Assembly: GCF_003324675.1 (NCBI RefSeq)
Contig: NZ_CP030918.1
Span: 2,160,001-2,192,000, forward strand
Source of the DNA: Paracoccus suum
GTDB lineage: Bacteria; Pseudomonadota; Alphaproteobacteria; Rhodobacterales; Rhodobacteraceae
Direction: 5' to 3'
Length of the DNA stretch: 32,000 bases
Of this stretch, positions 24,954-32,000 are shown one piece after another (position 1 is the stretch's first letter; each line of letters begins with the position of its first letter). The translations under genes were made by a program, and so were the position numbers. Below the pieces are notes generated by a model. The model saw only the letters and a list, made by a program, of their open reading frames with translations, did no database searches and had not been told where the DNA came from.

Positions 24954-25112
24954 GAGCGGCGATATAATAAGCCTGCTCACCGTGTGCAAGCACAGCATGT
25001 ACCCCAAACCCAGCGTGAGCGCGGCTCATGATTTGGGTGAGGATTATGCGTTTCCCTCATCCTGCGTCAGGCGTTAGACAGGCTGGCCCCTTTTCCGCCG
25101 GAAACCCTAGCC

Positions 25113-28892
<3,780 letters not shown>

Positions 28893-29070
28893 GGCTGCGC
28901 TGAGTATCGCGCGGCGACGGGACACCTGCTTTCCGTAGCCAGTCCGCGCGATCGCTGCGGGGCGTCCCAACCCTCCACAGCGGCCCTTGCCCGACGGTCA
29001 CATTTGCGACAATCTCGCGGCATAAGCCGACGCGTCGCGTCAGGCCAGAAACAGCAACAGGGTCCACGAC

Positions 29071-30666
29071 ATGTCATTTCTGAAGCCCAGCGCCCGCGCG
29101 GTTCTTTTCGCCACGGCCGTCGCCTTCGCGCCCGCCGCCTTTGCCGCTACTCCGGCCGACACGCTGGTCGTGGCCGCGACAATCGACGACATCATCAGTC
29201 TCGACCCGGGCCAGAGCTTCGAGTTCTCGGGCAATGACGTTGACCAGAACCTCTACGACCGCCTCGTGGATTTTGACCCGCTGGACCTGGAGAAGGGCTT
29301 CCAGCCCAGCCTCGCCGAGAGCTGGGAGGTCAGCGAGGACGGCAAGACCATCACCTTCACCATGCGCGAGGGGGTCAAGTTCCATTCGGGCAACCCGGTC
29401 CGGGCCGAGGATGCCGCCTGGTCGCTGCAGCGTGCGGTCAAGCTGGACAAGTCGCCCGTCTTTATCCTGACGCAGTTCGGCCTGACCGCCGACAACGTCG
29501 AGGAGATGGTCAAGGCCGACGGCAACAAGCTCAGCATCACGATGGACAAGCCCTATGCCGAGAGCTTCGTTCTGAACTGTCTGACCGCCAACGTCGGCTC
29601 GATCGTCGACAAGGAACTGGCGATGCAGCATGTCGAGGGTGACGATCTGGCCAACACCTGGCTGACCACCAACGACGCCGGTTCAGGCCCCTTCACGCTC
29701 GGCGCGTGGAAGCCGAACGAGGCGGTCCAGTTCATCGCCTTTGAAGATTACTGGGGCGGCGCGCCCAAGCTGAAGCGGGTTATCGTCAAGAACGTGGCCG
29801 AATCCAGCTCGCAGCGCCTGCAACTCGAGCAGGGCGACATCGACGTCGCGCGCAACCTGTCGCCGACCGATGTCGACGCAGTCGCGGCCAATGACAAGCT
29901 GAAGATCCAGGACGAGTTGCGCGGCCGCATGGTCTACATGGGCATGAGCCAGAAGGACCCGATCCTGTCCAACCCGGCCGTGATCCAGGCGATGCACCAC
30001 CTGATCGATTTCGAGGGCATGGGGAACAGCTTCCTCAAGGGTCAGTGGCGCATCCACCAGAACTTCCTGCCGGAAGGCTATTTGGGTGCCTCGGACGACA
30101 ACTCGTGGAAGTTTGATGTCGAGGCCGCGAAGAAGATCCTGGCCGATGCCGGCGTGACCTCGGGCACGATTACCACCAAGATCCGCGACCTGCCGGAATA
30201 TATCAACATTGCCCAGACCTTGCAGGCCGCGATGGCCGAGGCCGGCCTGACGTTGAACATCGAGCAGATGACCGGCGCGCAGGTGCTGGACGCTTATCGC
30301 GCGCGGCAGGTGCCGATCTTCATCGGCGAGTGGGGTCCGGACTATTCCGACCCGCAGACGAACGCGAGCGCCTTTGCGCTGAACCCGGACAACGCGGCCG
30401 AGAAGGGCTCGACCATTGCCTGGCGCAACTCCTACGCCGTCCCGCAGGAGATGCAGGACAAGGTGAACGCCGCGCTGCTGGAGCCCGACAGCGACAAGCG
30501 CAAGCAGATGTATATCGAGATCCAGAAGGAATTTCACGACACCGCGCCGATCATGCCGCTGTTCCAGCGGGTCGAGCAGGTCGGCATGCAGAAGGGCGTG
30601 AAGGACTGGTCCGGCGGCGGCTCGGTGGCCTGGGTGATGTACAAGCAGGTCAGCAAGGGCGAGTAA
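29071..30666 (+). CDS. ABC transporter substrate-binding protein, family 5 (peptide/nickel, DppA/OppA-like)
   Basis: Signal peptide MSFLKPSARAVLFATAVAFAPAAFA, then SBP_bac_5-like DTLVVAATIDDIISLDPGQSFEFSGNDVDQNLYDRLVDF and a ~530-aa length. Confidence 0.88.
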   Translation: MSFLKPSARAVLFATAVAFAPAAFAATPADTLVVAATIDDIISLDPGQSFEFSGNDVDQNLYDRLVDFDPLDLEKGFQPSLAESWEVSEDGKTITFTMREGVKFHSGNPVRAEDAAWSLQRAVKLDKSPVFILTQFGLTADNVEEMVKADGNKLSITMDKPYAESFVLNCLTANVGSIVDKELAMQHVEGDDLANTWLTTNDAGSGPFTLGAWKPNEAVQFIAFEDYWGGAPKLKRVIVKNVAESSSQRLQLEQGDIDVARNLSPTDVDAVAANDKLKIQDELRGRMVYMGMSQKDPILSNPAVIQAMHHLIDFEGMGNSFLKGQWRIHQNFLPEGYLGASDDNSWKFDVEAAKKILADAGVTSGTITTKIRDLPEYINIAQTLQAAMAEAGLTLNIEQMTGAQVLDAYRARQVPIFIGEWGPDYSDPQTNASAFALNPDNAAEKGSTIAWRNSYAVPQEMQDKVNAALLEPDSDKRKQMYIEIQKEFHDTAPIMPLFQRVEQVGMQKGVKDWSGGGSVAWVMYKQVSKGE

Positions 30667-30669
30667 GTC

Positions 30670-31752
30670 TTGTCCGTCACAGACACCGGCGGGGGGCAGC
30701 AGGCGCTGCCGCCGAAGGCGCCGCGCGGCGCGACCCGGACGGGACGGCGCCTCAGAAAAACCGGTGGCTTGCTGCTGTCCCTGCTGCTGACGCTGCTGGG
30801 CCTGCTGCTGGTGACCTTCATCATCGGCCGGGTGATGCCTATCGACCCCGTGATGAAGGTGGTGGGCGAGCGTGCCTCGCCCGCGCAGATCGAGGCGGCG
30901 CGCGTGGCCATGGGCCTCGACAAGCCGCTGATCGTTCAGTTCTTCAATTATATGGGCGATGTCCTGCGCGGCGATTTCGGTCGCTCGATCTCGACCGGGC
31001 ATCCGGTGGCCGAGGATCTGCGCCGCGTGTTCCCCGCCACGCTGGAACTGGCGAGCCTCGGCACATTGATCGGCGTCTTCGTCGGCATCCCGCTGGGCGT
31101 GATTGCCGCCGCCAATCGCGGCGGATGGATCGACCAGGTCGCGCGGGTAGTCGCGCTCGTTGGCTATTCGGTGCCGATCTTCTGGCTGGGACTTATGGGC
31201 CTGCTTGTGTTCTACGGCATCCTCGGCTGGGTGGGGGGACCGGGGCGGCAGGACATCATTTATGACGGCATGGTCACGACCCACACGGGCCTGTTGCTGA
31301 TCGACACCCTGATCGCCGGCGACTGGGGTGCGTTCCGCGATGCCTTCAGCCACATCATCCTGCCGGCGTCCCTGCTCGGCTACTTCAGCCTCGCCTACAT
31401 CAGCCGCATGACGCGCAGCTTCATGCTGGAGCAGCTGTCGGCCGAATACATCACCACTGCGCGCGTCAAGGGGCTGAGCGAGAGCAAGGTCATCTGGCGC
31501 CATGCTTTCGGCAATATCCTGGTGCCACTGATCACCGTCATCGCTCTCAGCTTCGGCTCGCTGCTGGAAGGCTCGGTCCTGACCGAGATCATCTTCAGCT
31601 GGCCCGGCATCGGCAGCTACATCACCAAGACGCTGCTGGCCGGCGACATGAACGCGGTCCTTGGCGGCACGATTGTCGTCGGCACCTGCTTTGTGGCGCT
31701 GAACCTGCTGAGCGACATCCTTTACCGCGTGATGGACCCGAGGGCGCAGTGA
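30670..31752 (+). CDS. ABC transporter permease (DppB/OppB-like)
   Basis: LLVTFIIGRVMPIDPV N-terminal motif and the EAA-like loop YITTARVKGLSESKVIWRHAFGNILVPLITV. It has a TTG start with an unusually long basic N-terminal extension, so the start is uncertain. Confidence 0.85.
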   Translation: MSVTDTGGGQQALPPKAPRGATRTGRRLRKTGGLLLSLLLTLLGLLLVTFIIGRVMPIDPVMKVVGERASPAQIEAARVAMGLDKPLIVQFFNYMGDVLRGDFGRSISTGHPVAEDLRRVFPATLELASLGTLIGVFVGIPLGVIAAANRGGWIDQVARVVALVGYSVPIFWLGLMGLLVFYGILGWVGGPGRQDIIYDGMVTTHTGLLLIDTLIAGDWGAFRDAFSHIILPASLLGYFSLAYISRMTRSFMLEQLSAEYITTARVKGLSESKVIWRHAFGNILVPLITVIALSFGSLLEGSVLTEIIFSWPGIGSYITKTLLAGDMNAVLGGTIVVGTCFVALNLLSDILYRVMDPRAQ

Positions 31753-31760
31753 CCGACATC

Positions 31761-32000
31761 ATGACCAATTCCCAGCCGACGCTGCGCGCCTGGCTGCTGA
31801 GCCCCGCGCCCCAGACCGCGCGGCAGGCCCGGCTTGGCGCCATCTACCAGGGTTGGCTGGTGTTCCGCTCGAACCATCTTGCGGTGCTCGGGCTGATCAT
31901 CCTGATCCTGCTGATTGGCATGGCGATATTTGCGCCGCAACTGGCGCCCTATAGCCCGTTCGCGCAGCGCTTGCCTGACCGCCTGCAGCCGCCCTCGTCG
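31761..32000 (+). CDS. ABC transporter permease (DppC/OppC-like), 3' end runs off the window
   Basis: The frame is open from GTG 31749/ATG 31761 to the window end: MTNSQPTLRAWLL...FRSNHLAVLGLIILILLIGMAIFAPQLAPYSP, the typical OppC N-terminal TM + 'APxxxPY' motif. Not in the ORF track because no stop is reached. Confidence 0.75.
   Translation, partial: MTNSQPTLRAWLLSPAPQTARQARLGAIYQGWLVFRSNHLAVLGLIILILLIGMAIFAPQLAPYSPFAQRLPDRLQPPSS

Noticed and set aside
24983-24994. Inverted repeat TGTGC-AA-GCACA upstream of marR as a MarR operator, plus TATAAT at 24963-24968.
   Set aside because: The arms are only 5 bp, I found no matching -35 at proper spacing, and both lie inside the alternative longer marR reading frame. 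This is too weak to call.

Overview
High-GC alphaproteobacterial sequence that looks Rhodobacterales-like. My spot counts of 60-nt lines give about 68% G+C in typical genes. The window has two parts. (A) nt 1 to ~12.5 kb is a phage-derived block, either a prophage remnant or a GTA-accessory-like locus. It holds a sulfatase-fold/RTX protein, two tandem cassettes of a small beta-rich protein plus an Ala-rich fibre (one with a pectate-lyase-fold tailspike head), and a lysis region of overlapping small membrane proteins. The lysis region also has a GH108 endolysin whose 5' end is duplicated around a reverse-oriented HNH endonuclease gene, followed by a holin-like protein. Lower-GC inserts of about 48-63% G+C are interspersed: an SGNH esterase, a sulfotransferase, the HNH gene, and a minus-strand module of 5'-truncated HipA-like kinase, DUF3037 protein and zinc-ribbon mini-protein that abuts the host junction. 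(B) nt ~12.7-32 kb is ordinary core chromosome. It carries a BI-1/YccA membrane protein, a PraR/PhrR-like XRE regulator, a HisN-like phosphatase, MgtE, 5-formyl-THF cyclo-ligase, B12-dependent RNR NrdJ and a conserved small basic protein. It continues with the marR-emrA-emrB efflux operon, B12-dependent methionine synthase MetH and the start of a Dpp/Opp-type ABC transporter. The best candidates for undescribed biology are the HipA-like/DUF3037/Zn-ribbon module, the duplicated fibre cassettes with their conserved hairpin-TTTTTCAT-GGAGCC junctions, the 3x11-bp three-frame-stop repeat, and the endolysin/HNH rearrangement. All family calls rest on motif recognition by eye. No searches were run.
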